From the NCBI GenBank assembly GCA_039915555.1, contig JBDSNB010000044.1, positions 3,122-67,121 on the forward strand: DNA of 64,000 nt, read 5' to 3'. Under the pieces are notes generated by a model, which ran no database searches, was not told the DNA's origin, and worked only from the letters and a program-made list of their open reading frames with translations. Shown here piece by piece: positions 43,701 through 51,564 of this stretch. Numbering within the stretch: position 1 is the first letter of the stretch; every line of letters begins with the position of its first letter. Source of the DNA: Chthoniobacterales bacterium. GTDB taxonomy: Bacteria > Verrucomicrobiota > Verrucomicrobiia > Chthoniobacterales > UBA10450. The position numbers and the translations under genes are program-made.

Positions 43701-45383
43701 GTGCTGCATCAGTTCACGGCCCATGCCCCACCATTGCGGTCCCTGTCCGCTCATGATGAAGGCAACGCGGACCGCCTTTTCGAGGCGTGGAGTGAAAGCG
43801 GTGCGCAGCTTCGGTCTGGCTTGTCCTTGCGAGAAGGCGTCGAGCTCGCGCGACAATTCTGAGACTGATCGGACGGTCGCGGTCAAGCGATGCGAGTGAT
43901 GATTGCGCCGTCCGCCTAACGAGTAAGTGAGGTCGGGCAATTGCGGCGGAATCGAGTTGCCATTTAACTTGGCCTGCTCGTCCAGCCACGCGCCCAACTG
44001 CCGCGCCGAAACTCGGAGCGATTCTTCGGAACGAGCCGAAAGCACGATCGGCCACGCGCGATCCGTCGTCGGCACGACTGAGGCCGCCAGCGGCCGCGCG
44101 GGCGCTTCCGCCAGGATGACGTGCGCATTGGCTCCGCCGAAACCGAACGAATTGATCCCCGCCATCCGAATGCCATCCGTCTTCGGAAAGGGCTCGCTCA
44201 CCAACGGGACCCGGAGCTTTAGCTTCGCGAAATCGATGTTCGGATTCGGTGTTTCGAAATGGAGATTCGGGGGAATGGTACCGTGCTTCAGAACCAGCGC
44301 GGCTTTGATCAAACCGGCCACGCCGGCGGCAGTTTCGAGGTGGCCCAGATTGGTTTTGGCGGAACCGATGACGAGCGCCGTCTCCGCCGTGCGTCCGGTG
44401 CACAGTGCTTCCGCCAAGGCATGCGCTTCGATTGGATCGCCCACCGCCGTGCCCGTGCCATGCGCTTCGACGTATCCGATTTGCGCGGGATCGATTCCGG
44501 CGTTCGCACACGCCTCGCGCACCAGCCGCGCCTGCGCTTCGGTGCTGGGGAGCGAAATGCCGTTCGTGTGGCCATCCTGATTCACTGCGGAGGCCGCGAT
44601 CACCGCGTAAATCGGATCGCCGTCCGCGACGGCGTCGGAGAGCGGCTTCATCAAAATCATGCCCGCGCCTTCGCTGCGCACGAAGCCGTTGGCCGATGCA
44701 TCGAACGCTTTGCATTTGCCATCAGGCGACAGCATCCCGGCTTGCGAAAAACCGATGAAACCATCGGGCGAAATTAACACCGTCACGCCACCCGCCACCG
44801 CCGCCCGGCAACGTCCGCTGTTAATGTGTTCGCAGGCCAAATGCACTGCGGTGAGCGCGGACGAACACGCGGTATCGAGCGCGAGACTGGGCCCGCGCAG
44901 ATTTAGGCAATAGGAAATGCGATTGGCCGCAATGCTGTGCGCAGTGCCCGTGGAGGTATGCGCGCCGATGCCGGCTCGGTCTTGAATTGTTTGGTAGTCG
45001 CTGTGCGAAAGCCCGACAAAGACGCCGATGTCGGTTCCCTTTTCCAAATCCAAAACGACACCCGCATCTTCGATCGCTTCCCACGTGGTCTCGAGCAGCA
45101 GTCGATGCAGCGGATCGACGAAAGGCGCTTCGCGGAGCGAGATTCCAAAAAACTGCGGATCAAACTGATCGATCCCGGAGACAAAGCCGCCGCGTTTCGC
45201 GATCGACTTCCCCGCCAGTCCAGGCTCCGCGTCGTAAAAACGATCGATGTTCCAACGATCGGACGGTATATCCGTGACCGCCTCGCGGCCTTCGACCAGC
45301 AGTTTCCAAAACGATTCCGGGTCGTTTATGCCGCCCGGGAAACGGCAGCCGATTCCGACGATGGCAATTTGTTTCTCGTTCAT
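37785..45383 (-). CDS. type I polyketide synthase, single fully reducing module KS-AT-DH-cMT-ER-KR-ACP, no thioesterase
   Basis: 2532 aa; residue numbers are from my own count.
- KS: DTACSS (Cys173), EAHGTGT (His308), NLGHLE (His348).
- AT: GHSTG (Ser632), with specificity region VASPFHH.
- DH: HRVENLIVFP (His930) and HPALFDGALQ (Asp1094).
- SAM methyltransferase motif: LEIVAGTGG (aa 1399-1407).
- ER: HAGAGGVG (aa 1924-1931).
- KR: GAFGGFG (aa 2130-2136) and NYAAAN (Tyr2272).
- ACP: LGLDSL (Ser2436).
- An acidic C-terminal tail of about 60 aa follows. Confidence 0.95.
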   Translation of the reverse strand: MNEKQIAIVGIGCRFPGGINDPESFWKLLVEGREAVTDIPSDRWNIDRFYDAEPGLAGKSIAKRGGFVSGIDQFDPQFFGISLREAPFVDPLHRLLLETTWEAIEDAGVVLDLEKGTDIGVFVGLSHSDYQTIQDRAGIGAHTSTGTAHSIAANRISYCLNLRGPSLALDTACSSALTAVHLACEHINSGRCRAAVAGGVTVLISPDGFIGFSQAGMLSPDGKCKAFDASANGFVRSEGAGMILMKPLSDAVADGDPIYAVIAASAVNQDGHTNGISLPSTEAQARLVREACANAGIDPAQIGYVEAHGTGTAVGDPIEAHALAEALCTGRTAETALVIGSAKTNLGHLETAAGVAGLIKAALVLKHGTIPPNLHFETPNPNIDFAKLKLRVPLVSEPFPKTDGIRMAGINSFGFGGANAHVILAEAPARPLAASVVPTTDRAWPIVLSARSEESLRVSARQLGAWLDEQAKLNGNSIPPQLPDLTYSLGGRRNHHSHRLTATVRSVSELSRELDAFSQGQARPKLRTAFTPRLEKAVRVAFIMSGQGPQWWGMGRELMQHEPVFSEVMEACDKAMKPWARFSLLEELARTQEDSQMHRTEIVQPAIFAMQVALAELWKSWGVQPVAIMGHSTGEVAAACAAGVLSLEEAARVIVLRSIFMEDRAPTGGSMLAVGMGADEANAVIARHDSRVSIAAFNGPRSLTLAGLKTSLERIAAELDSRDIFCRFLQVASPFHHEMMQPAADAIEEALADLEPRAETVPFFSSVSGGRFSGEGCKGAHWASGVRDTVEFVSAVNAVTEFGVDVWLEIGSHPALVRSIQECLAEQGSKGTVVASTRREREHEAFLETALDLHLAGVALDFKAATPSRRLLNLPAYPWDKSRCWNEGHDLREGRLAPGGRGLLDVRLSRATPTWTARLDGRQMAFLKDHRVENLIVFPAAGFVEMVLEAGAQWFEGKPFAVEDFEIRKPLILPDPASGLLLELTFEPNERTFAIQSRFENGGSWSVHVVGSMRGERVESAFATSNWEATAGLEPLEVDTFYGRMSDLGLPYGEEFRPIRELSAGAGKSAGRLSLTEAAARRAGEYSLHPALFDGALQIFSAGAATLEGQNAGLRLPVRFSRILFLRSPGAAGLVRAGVTQANDEFIEGGLDLFDAAGQPCVRIDGFRVISVEGARRSGKTGKGRDLVYHVGWDRTAAPTTRARLAPLPLDRLRNVAQQALDEVFEMRGREALRSASASGDQLAAAQIARVLCEMGARPNETFTAEALSVTAAMHPAFAQLMDGLVQNDLLVAEGVGYRPTSAFTATADGAAEVFRNAISKYPGHLPDALLVAASAAQLGAVLRGEKNAAQVLSNGDGPEQLEQFFGDGLRSSPWHAAVGAAVKEAASHLPEGRGLRILEIVAGTGGLASQVLPLLERGLHSYILSDATDASFAGARQNLAGYPEVEYKTFNLDQPGAEQDFAAGNFDLIIGADVLHLASDPRFALRNLQDLLTPGGSLFLVEMAKPHLWWNAVFGLTSTAQRLSRDAWTKTLRDSGFAETASLSGLGDESLVGLMARKSWIEPEAFAPSATAEPLTENSWLVLADEAGTGDRLAQQIRATGARCRVAHRGGAFASEGEDAYVLRAEEPQDWTQLLAACAQDSPQRLVFLWSLDEREQGVGSFSVDALLHLTQALGATAKLRLDLVTRGAQPVGREHAVAVQQAPVVGMLRVMANEYPNLTCRGIDLPTSVSKTDDVLLWEELLQKDSESEIAFRGEARYVRRIGRGLPRREEVLDPSVPLRIESLERGLLSSLRLVPFALPECGPGQVTIEVKAAGMNFRDVLKALALYPAETADARIYGDEVAGVVKAVGHGVTQVAVGDRVFGLAVFGLATHAMARGGDVRRIPTGLSFEEAATLPVVFMTSWHALKTVAHLQAGERVLVHAGAGGVGMAAIQIAHHLGAEVIASAGSPAKRALLEVLGVKHVIDSRRGDFVESVMEITSGKGVDVVLNALAAEAIPMGLSCLAPFGRFVEIGKRDIYQNSRIPLWPMRRNASFHVVAMDAIFTGDEEQARQLLGTITDLVAEDALRPLQFRAFPAARIDAAFRWMAQGKHTGKVVVAFPEPFVARRGEPLAPGFVVKPDGSYLITGAFGGFGKVLAEWLVDRGARHLVLTSRNGPTTPEAEEFLTKLRGRGVEVQVVQANSGSADDVKRLLAEISSAGHPLKGVFHLAMVIDDAPLASLTRERMRTVLAPKAQGAWLLHEGTLGLELDCFVMFSSVSSVFGSTAQGNYAAANAFLDALAHHRQALGLPGLAINWGALGGEGYVARNERVAEYLARLGLTPLTPNELTVLLESFLSAGAAQAMALRVDWSKWRQAFRGTQESPLLEHIAAATVDGVDASGAKGDWARKIENASLEEREGVIGQAVREVVGSVLRVKPETLRDDQPLADLGLDSLMAVEIENSLEAAVGVALPPASLMRARTIGQIATLLAEFVGGHASANAPAAAGPTARSEAVETEHAEGVDLEALSDEEIDRLLEGEIEDPAPEVRA

Positions 45384-45606
45384 GAAAGGCGTCCAGCAAG
45401 CGCGTGCTCACCCGCGGGCTTCGAGGCTGCAATGATTCCAGGGAAGGGTGCGTTCACGGTTCCGTGCCGGAGCGCTGTCCCACCGGAAGTATGGGGGCAT
45501 GCGGCAGAGCCGAAGTTACACGACGTAACTGCCTCTGGCAATGGACGGAAGGATTTCATCGATCTGGTAAATTTTTTCTCGGACACCGAATGCAAGCTGC
45601 GGATTT

Positions 45607-45631
45607 CCCCTCTGGAAAGGGGCTATTTTTT
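45607..45631 (+). terminator. intrinsic-terminator-like hairpin plus T-run in the PKS/asnB divergent intergenic region
   Basis: CCCCT (45607-45611), a 6-nt loop, AGGGG (45618-45622), then CTATTTTTT. It lies about 110 nt upstream of the asnB-like ATG, with no + strand gene upstream. The stem is short (5 bp), so this is weak. Confidence 0.3.
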
Positions 45632-45739
45632 GACGGAAGCGTTACTGGTTTATTCGCTCTCTGCCGATTTTGTGGTGCGAAGAGGTCTCTAAGGAAATCG
45701 GATTAGCGCTTCGTTCCGGTCTGCTCTAGTAGAAGCTTC

Positions 45740-47737
45740 ATGTGCGGGATTGCGGGTGTGATGGATTTGGCTGGGCGCCGAGCGGTGCCCGACGATGTCA
45801 TCCAACGCATGGCGGGCGCGATCGTTCATCGCGGGCCGGATGAGGACGGCTTCCTGGTTCGGCCGGGTCTGGCACTCGCTTCGCGGCGGCTCAGCATCGT
45901 CGGGTTGGCCGATGGGCGGCAACCGATCGGCAACGAAGACCAGAGCGTGCAGGTGGTGTTCAATGGCGAGTTGTTCGATTACGTCGAGCGGCGCGCGGAA
46001 TTGCAGGCGCGCGGGCATCGCTTTGTCACGCATTGCGACACGGAGATCATTCCGCATCTGTGGGAGGAGAACCGGGAAGCGATGTTCGAGAAACTGCGCG
46101 GGCAGTTCGCGATCGCGCTTTGGGACGCGCCGCGCGAACAACTGACGCTGGTCCGTGATCGGTTTGGCATTTCGCCGCTTTATTGGACGCGGCAGGGCGA
46201 TTGGCTCCTCTTCGCTTCCGAGATCAAGGCCTTGCTCGCTTCCGGCATGGTGGAAGCGAAAGCGGACCGGCGCGGGATCGATCACATCTTCACTTTCACC
46301 GCCATGCCTGGGCCGATCACCTGCTTCGAGGGCGTGCAACTTTTGCGGCCTGGTCATTTTTTGCAGATCACTCCGGGGCGTGAAAATGGCACCGCGCCCA
46401 TGCTCGACGAGCGCGCTTATTGGGAAATGGATTTCCCGGACGCAGGCGACGAAGAGGACTCGCGCGATCCGCGGCGGTTGGTGGACGAATTCGAGCAGAT
46501 CTTGCTGAAGGCGGTGGAGAAACGGCTGCGCGCCGACGTGCCGGTGGGCGCTTATCTCTCCGGCGGGCTGGATTCGAGCATGATCGTGGCGATGGCCTGC
46601 AAGCTCAAGGGCCCGGCGATTAACACCTATACCATCCGGGTGGACGATCCTTCTCTCGACGAACTCGACGCCGCCACTCTCTCGGCCCGCCATATCGGCG
46701 CGAAACCGCCGATCGTGCAGGAATTCCGCGCCAGCGATACGCTGGAGACGTATCCGGAATTGATCCAGGCCGCCGAGTCGCCGGTGATCGACACTTCGTG
46801 CGCGGCGTTGCTGAAGTTGGCGCGACGCGTTCACGGCTGCGGACAAAAGGTGGTCCTCACCGGCGAAGGTGCGGACGAATGGCTGGCCGGTTATCCGTGG
46901 TACAAGGCCGCGAAGCTTCTTGGTTACCTCGACGTGATCCCGGGATTGCGCTTGAGCGATCTGGCGCTGCGGGCCTTTCTAAAGGTCAGCGGTATTCCGC
47001 AATATCCGTCCGGGTTTCGGCACAAGGTGGAGGCGTCTGTGGGCGGCCCGAACGCCTGGGTCGAAGCCTATGGAATGCTCGGGCTTTCCAAACTCTTGTT
47101 CTACTCGCCCGCGATGCGGGAGGTGCTGGAGCAGAACCAGCCGTGGGCCACGCTCGGATTGAATCTGGAACGCGCGAAACGCTGGGCGCCTTTGAATCGC
47201 GGGCTCTGGTTCGGCGCGCGCGTCACGCTGGCCGGGATGTTGCTGCAAGCGAAAGGCGATCGCGTGGCGATGAACTCCTCCGTCGAAGTGCGTTACCCGT
47301 TCCTCGACGAGGATGTTTTTGCCTTCACCGCGCGGCTTCATCCGCGTTGGAAGCTGCGTGGATTTCACGATAAATATCTGCTGCGCCTCGTCGCGGAACG
47401 CTGGCTGCCGAAGAAAATTGCCCGACGCAGCAAAGTCATCTTCCGCGCGCCGCTCGATAGTTTTCACATGGACCCAGAGCCGGAGTTTGTCGGCCAGCTC
47501 TTGAGTGACGAATCGCTGCGCCGCACCGGTTACTTCGATGTCACGGCCGTGCACCACTGGCGAAAAGCTTTCCGTCTCATGCGCGCCGGTTCGCTCCCGC
47601 GGCTCTCGGTCGAAATGGGACTCGCCGCCGTCGTCGCCACCCAGCTCTGGCACCACACTTACATTGACGGTTCGTTAGCCGACTTGCCCACGCGGACCGG
47701 TCGCAGCGAACCCACGTTAGTCGCGCCGCGAGTTTAA
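45740..47737 (+). CDS. asparagine synthetase B-type glutamine amidotransferase (long, 665 aa)
   Basis: N-terminal nucleophile MCGIAG, the GATase-II motifs HRGPDE and VFNGELFDY, and the PP-loop YLSGGLDSS. Confidence 0.9.
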   Translation: MCGIAGVMDLAGRRAVPDDVIQRMAGAIVHRGPDEDGFLVRPGLALASRRLSIVGLADGRQPIGNEDQSVQVVFNGELFDYVERRAELQARGHRFVTHCDTEIIPHLWEENREAMFEKLRGQFAIALWDAPREQLTLVRDRFGISPLYWTRQGDWLLFASEIKALLASGMVEAKADRRGIDHIFTFTAMPGPITCFEGVQLLRPGHFLQITPGRENGTAPMLDERAYWEMDFPDAGDEEDSRDPRRLVDEFEQILLKAVEKRLRADVPVGAYLSGGLDSSMIVAMACKLKGPAINTYTIRVDDPSLDELDAATLSARHIGAKPPIVQEFRASDTLETYPELIQAAESPVIDTSCAALLKLARRVHGCGQKVVLTGEGADEWLAGYPWYKAAKLLGYLDVIPGLRLSDLALRAFLKVSGIPQYPSGFRHKVEASVGGPNAWVEAYGMLGLSKLLFYSPAMREVLEQNQPWATLGLNLERAKRWAPLNRGLWFGARVTLAGMLLQAKGDRVAMNSSVEVRYPFLDEDVFAFTARLHPRWKLRGFHDKYLLRLVAERWLPKKIARRSKVIFRAPLDSFHMDPEPEFVGQLLSDESLRRTGYFDVTAVHHWRKAFRLMRAGSLPRLSVEMGLAAVVATQLWHHTYIDGSLADLPTRTGRSEPTLVAPRV

Positions 47738-47792
47738 CGGCTGCAAGAAGCGCAGGCAGCGCCGTGTCTACAGCGCAATCGACGAGATCCTG

Positions 47793-48563
47793 CTACGGAA
47801 GTTTGCTCAGCGTTTCGCGCCCGCGCGCTTTCACTTCCGCATCATCCTTGTCCGTTTGGCGCAAGGCCAGACCTTTGCTCAGGACCGTGCGAGCCTCAGC
47901 GTTGCGCCCCAGGCGCGCGTAAACCTCGCCGAGTTCGATTTGATTCAAGACTCGCTCAGGTTTTAAAGCCGCCGCCTGCTCGAAACATTTGGCCGCTTCC
48001 TCAAAGGTCGACACCGGCAGGCTCCCGTAGGTCATCTCAGCCATCTTGCGCTTCACGCCGGTCAGTTCCGCATAGCCCATGTGCCAGCGCCCGAGCACGT
48101 GCCACGCGAGATCGTTTCCCCGATCCAGTTTGATCGCTTTCTCGGCCTGCATTTTGATGATGCGCGCGGTCGCGATTTTTTCCTTCACGCTCGCGAGGGG
48201 CTGCAGTCTGCCGTAGCCGATGGCCAGTGCCAGTTGCGCGTCGGAATCGTTCGGCCCGGCCGCGGCGGCGCGCTTCGCGTAGTCGATCGCGATCCCGCCC
48301 AGTCGCAGCTTCTCCGTCTTCTTGCCGGCGTCGCTCATCAGATACCGGTATTGGCGCGAGATGCGGGTGAGGAGTGGCGCGTTCGCCGGTTCCAGTTTCT
48401 CCGCGGGGAGATAGAACTTCAGCGCCTCGGTGCCGTTGAACTTGAGATCAAAGGCATCGCCCTCAGCCGTTAGTTCGCTCGCGGATTGAGCTCGGGTGAC
48501 TCCGCCGATGAGCAAGAGGAACGCGGCGACCGGAATGGTCCGGCGGAAAAAAGATAAACGCAT
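47793..48563 (-). CDS. secreted TPR-like protein
   Basis: Signal peptide MRLSFFRRTIPVAAFLLLIGGVTRAQS (ATG at 48563), followed by helical repeat content. Confidence 0.65.
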   Translation of the reverse strand: MRLSFFRRTIPVAAFLLLIGGVTRAQSASELTAEGDAFDLKFNGTEALKFYLPAEKLEPANAPLLTRISRQYRYLMSDAGKKTEKLRLGGIAIDYAKRAAAAGPNDSDAQLALAIGYGRLQPLASVKEKIATARIIKMQAEKAIKLDRGNDLAWHVLGRWHMGYAELTGVKRKMAEMTYGSLPVSTFEEAAKCFEQAAALKPERVLNQIELGEVYARLGRNAEARTVLSKGLALRQTDKDDAEVKARGRETLSKLP

Positions 48564-48591
48564 GCTCAAAAAGATTCGGCGCGCGACCCGC

Positions 48592-49890
48592 TTACGGTCT
48601 GGAATCAATCAAACGCCCCGCGTTTAAAAGCTCTGCTTCGCTCAAACGCGGCCCGATCAGCTGCAAGCTCGTCACCGGAATATCGCGGCCCGGTTTCGCG
48701 TCCGGCAGCGGAATCGGAATCGCGAGCGCAGGATTGCCCGCGAAGTTCACCGCGATCGTGTTCTGCATGTCGAACACCAGCAACTCGAAGACGACCGAAC
48801 GCACGAACAATGGAATCCTCGGCGGCAATTGCTTCATCGTCGGCAAAGCGATGAAATCCACCTTCGCCAAAGCGCGGCGCAGGTCACGTTGCCAGGCAGA
48901 CTTGCGTCTCACCGCCTCTTGGTAATTTTGCGGATAATTGACTGACCCGAAGTTCACGACCGCTTTGGTCGAGCCCGCGACGTCGGGTTTATCCAGAAAT
49001 TCCTTGTCGTGCACCCAGGCGTCCGCAAACGCGATCGTCGTGCCGTCCTTCTCCGCCTGCAGCCACTTCGCTTTGAAATCGTCATCCAGTCTCACCACCT
49101 TGAAATTTTTCGCCGCCAGCGCGTCATCCAGCGCTTTCTCGATCACGGGATCCGTCCCGTCGAGATACAGCCGCCCGAGCGTGATCTGCCGCGCCGAAGG
49201 CTTCGCCGCCACCGCGCGCTGATAGCGGCCCGCAAATCCGCGCTGCAACAAATCCATCCCCTGCACGAGACGCGGCATGTCTTTCGCCATCGGCCCGATC
49301 GTGTCCAGGTGTTTGGGCGAAATCGGAAACACCCCCTTGGTGGAAATGAGCCCGAAAGTCGTCTTCAATCCCATGATGCCGGTGCAAGCCGCCGGCACGC
49401 GGATCGACCCGCCCGAGTCCGTGCCGAACGCGACATCCGCCATCCCGCTCGCCACCGCCACGGCCGAGCCGCTCGACGAGCCGCCGGGAATAAATTTATG
49501 CCGGCCATCCAGTTTGTTCACCGGCGTCCCGAAATAGCGGTTCTTGCCCGAAACCGTCACCGCGAATTCCGTCAGGTTCGTCTTGCCCACAATCTGCACC
49601 CCGCGCTCCCGCGCGATCGCCATGCACGCCGCGTCCTGCGTCGCCGGCGTCCCCGATTCCGCCAGATACTTCGATCCCGCCGTCGTCACCACGCCCTTCA
49701 TGTCGATGAGATCCTTCACCGCCAGTCGCAATCCCTGGCTGCCTTCCGCCGGCGGCCAATACTCAATGAAAGCGTGATTGCCGTTACGAGTCGCCGGCCG
49801 CGGCTCCAGCGAGACGCAACCCGTGAGAAAACTGGTCAATAATAGCCCGGCCAGAATTCCGTGGGCGGCGACGCTAGGGCAAATTCTCAT
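48592..49890 (-). CDS. amidase-signature family amidase, probable lipoprotein
   Basis: The AS motif GGSSSGSAVAVASGMADVAFGTDSGGSIRVPAA and a lipobox LLTSFLTGC. The start is the ATG at 49890. The longer ORF-track N-terminus is simply the translated tRNA-Thr. Confidence 0.85.
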   Translation of the reverse strand: MRICPSVAAHGILAGLLLTSFLTGCVSLEPRPATRNGNHAFIEYWPPAEGSQGLRLAVKDLIDMKGVVTTAGSKYLAESGTPATQDAACMAIARERGVQIVGKTNLTEFAVTVSGKNRYFGTPVNKLDGRHKFIPGGSSSGSAVAVASGMADVAFGTDSGGSIRVPAACTGIMGLKTTFGLISTKGVFPISPKHLDTIGPMAKDMPRLVQGMDLLQRGFAGRYQRAVAAKPSARQITLGRLYLDGTDPVIEKALDDALAAKNFKVVRLDDDFKAKWLQAEKDGTTIAFADAWVHDKEFLDKPDVAGSTKAVVNFGSVNYPQNYQEAVRRKSAWQRDLRRALAKVDFIALPTMKQLPPRIPLFVRSVVFELLVFDMQNTIAVNFAGNPALAIPIPLPDAKPGRDIPVTSLQLIGPRLSEAELLNAGRLIDSRP

Positions 49891-49964
49891 CCGGCTCACT
49901 GCATCATGTCGCAGCCGAAGGTCAAACCGGATGTCTCCAGCGGTCGGAAACGATGAGAAAGGCA

Positions 49965-50037
49965 AGCCGGCTGACGGGTTCGAACCGACGACCTGCTGAT
50001 TACAAATCAGCTGCTCTACCAACTGAGCTAAGCCGGC
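49965..50037 (-). tRNA. tRNA-Thr (anticodon UGU)
   Basis: Reverse complement: GCCGGCTTAGCTCAGTTGGTAGAGCAGCTGATTTGTAATCAGCAGGTCGTCGGTTCGAACCCGTCAGCCGGCT. It folds as a cloverleaf with anticodon loop TT-TGT-AA. The T-stem has one U-U mismatch, and CCA is not encoded. Confidence 0.9.
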
Positions 50038-50116
50038 AAACTAACGGGCGCATCCTAGTGCACCCTCTTCGTGGAGACAAGCGCGGTCCGGGAAGCGGGC
50101 GCGTGTTGCCTCGACT

Positions 50117-51016
50117 TCACGCGAAGAGCCTTGATTGCGCGTGCTCGGTCACGGCCACCACGGCGGCATGTTTGAGCCGCCGCTCCGCCGTGATCGCATA
50201 AAATTGGCCAAGACATTGGCGGACCCGGCCAATCGTGCGCCAGTTGTATTGTCGCGCTGCGCCTTTCGCGATCACGCTATGAATCGGGACGAAGCCGACG
50301 CCATCGGTGGCGGCTGGGTGCATGAGCGCGGTGTCTTCAAATTCCGCGACCAACCTCGGCCGGATGCTGACGGAATCGAACCAGGTTTCCAAAGCGGAGC
50401 GGAACGCGGTGTTCTCCGCGGGGAGGAGCGCGGGTGCGCCGTGCAAGGATTGCGGGAATCCTTTCCGCAATTTTGCGGCCAGCGGCGCGGCGGCGCAGAA
50501 TGTGACGTCGCTGGTGCCGAGCGGATGGTTGAAGTTTTGCAGTTTCAGGGCGCTGGACGCCGGCTCATCGGCCAGCACAATGTCGAGTCGTTGCGCGGCG
50601 AGGAGCGCGAGGAGCGCGCCCACTTTTCCCTCGCGACAAATCATCTGCACCGGCGGCCGGAGTTGGAAAGCCGGCCGGATGATCTCGTACGCGATCAGCT
50701 TGGGCACGGAGTCGGCTACTCCGACCCGGAACCGCATCGGCCGCGCGCCGGCCTGGTGTTTGACCGTGTTCAGCATTTCGCGCCCCAGCGAGAAAATTTC
50801 GTCGGCGTAACCGAAGACGACGCGGCCCATTTCGGTCAGCACCTTGGTCCGTCCGCTGCGGCGAAATAGTTTCTCGCCGAGCGCTTCCTCCAGGGCGCTG
50901 ATCTGCGCCGAGATGGAAGGCTGAGAGACGTGCAACCGGACGGAGGCTTGGCGCAGGCCGCCTTCGTTTTCCACCGTCCAAAAGTAGAGCAGGTGATGAT
51001 AGTTCAGCCATTTCAT
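50117..51016 (-). CDS. nhaR: LysR-family transcriptional regulator, NhaR-like
   Basis: MKWLNYHHLLYFWTVENEGGLRQAS... and the C-terminal FYAITAERRLKH closely parallel E. coli NhaR (INYNHLYYFW..., YHAIFAERMIQHPAV). The start is the ATG at 51016. Confidence 0.85.
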   Translation of the reverse strand: MKWLNYHHLLYFWTVENEGGLRQASVRLHVSQPSISAQISALEEALGEKLFRRSGRTKVLTEMGRVVFGYADEIFSLGREMLNTVKHQAGARPMRFRVGVADSVPKLIAYEIIRPAFQLRPPVQMICREGKVGALLALLAAQRLDIVLADEPASSALKLQNFNHPLGTSDVTFCAAAPLAAKLRKGFPQSLHGAPALLPAENTAFRSALETWFDSVSIRPRLVAEFEDTALMHPAATDGVGFVPIHSVIAKGAARQYNWRTIGRVRQCLGQFYAITAERRLKHAAVVAVTEHAQSRLFA

Positions 51017-51121
51017 GATCGAGCAACTGTTCCATAAAAACGAAGCGTTAGGAACGAACTTCGTATTAGTCGAAGTCTTGGAGCGCAGAGATAATCGGCC
51101 AAAGCAGAACTCGCCATCGAC

Positions 51122-51463
51122 ATGAAACTCTTGATCAAACACTTCGCCATTCATCCCGTGAAAGCCCTGGACGCCCGCGTCCGCAAGCATCTGCGGAAGC
51201 TGGAACCTTTGCGCCAGATTGACGAAGCGATCGTGGACCTGGCTTGCGAACGAGAGACGAGTCCGCCCTATCGAGTGCGGGTGCAACTCGTCACGCCCGG
51301 GCCCGACGTTTTCGCGGAGGCGCGCGATCACACTCTGGGCGCAGCGTTGAGAAAAGTAATGAAACGCTTAGCGCGAATCATTGGCGATCGCGCTGAGAAG
51401 CAACGTGCCCGGATCAAGCAGAACCTGCGCGCTCCGGGACGTCTGGCGCGCAGCAGCGCCTAA
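51122..51463 (+). CDS. small HPF/RaiA-like ribosome-associated protein (tentative)
   Basis: 113 aa. The pattern MKLLIKH..I......L...V...L.KL...ID.A.V.L.......YRVRVQLVTPGPDVFAE..D..L..AL resembles short HPF/RaiA-family proteins. This is from memory only. Confidence 0.45.
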   Translation: MKLLIKHFAIHPVKALDARVRKHLRKLEPLRQIDEAIVDLACERETSPPYRVRVQLVTPGPDVFAEARDHTLGAALRKVMKRLARIIGDRAEKQRARIKQNLRAPGRLARSSA

Positions 51464-51564
51464 CGGACGAAATCAATCAAAACCCCTCAAAAATCTCAGC
51501 GAAGCGTCTGTCACCGGGATGCCGCGCGGTGGCGGCGCGCGCCTGACAGAACGCACCGCGAATT

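Noticed and set aside
49891-50022. N-terminal extension of the amidase ORF (MVEQLICNQQVVGSNPSAG...)
   Set aside because: This is the translation of the tRNA-Thr gene and its flank. The amidase has a proper lipoprotein signal starting at the ATG at 49890.
51464-51564. Possible yybP-ykoY (Mn2+/alx-type) riboswitch upstream of the TerC gene
   Set aside because: TerC/Alx genes are often preceded by this riboswitch, so I looked for it. The 100-nt leader shows only a TCTGTCA...TGACAGA stem enclosing a GC-rich palindrome. I could not find the conserved GGAGAGUAG-type core. It may still be a structured leader, but I cannot support the riboswitch call.
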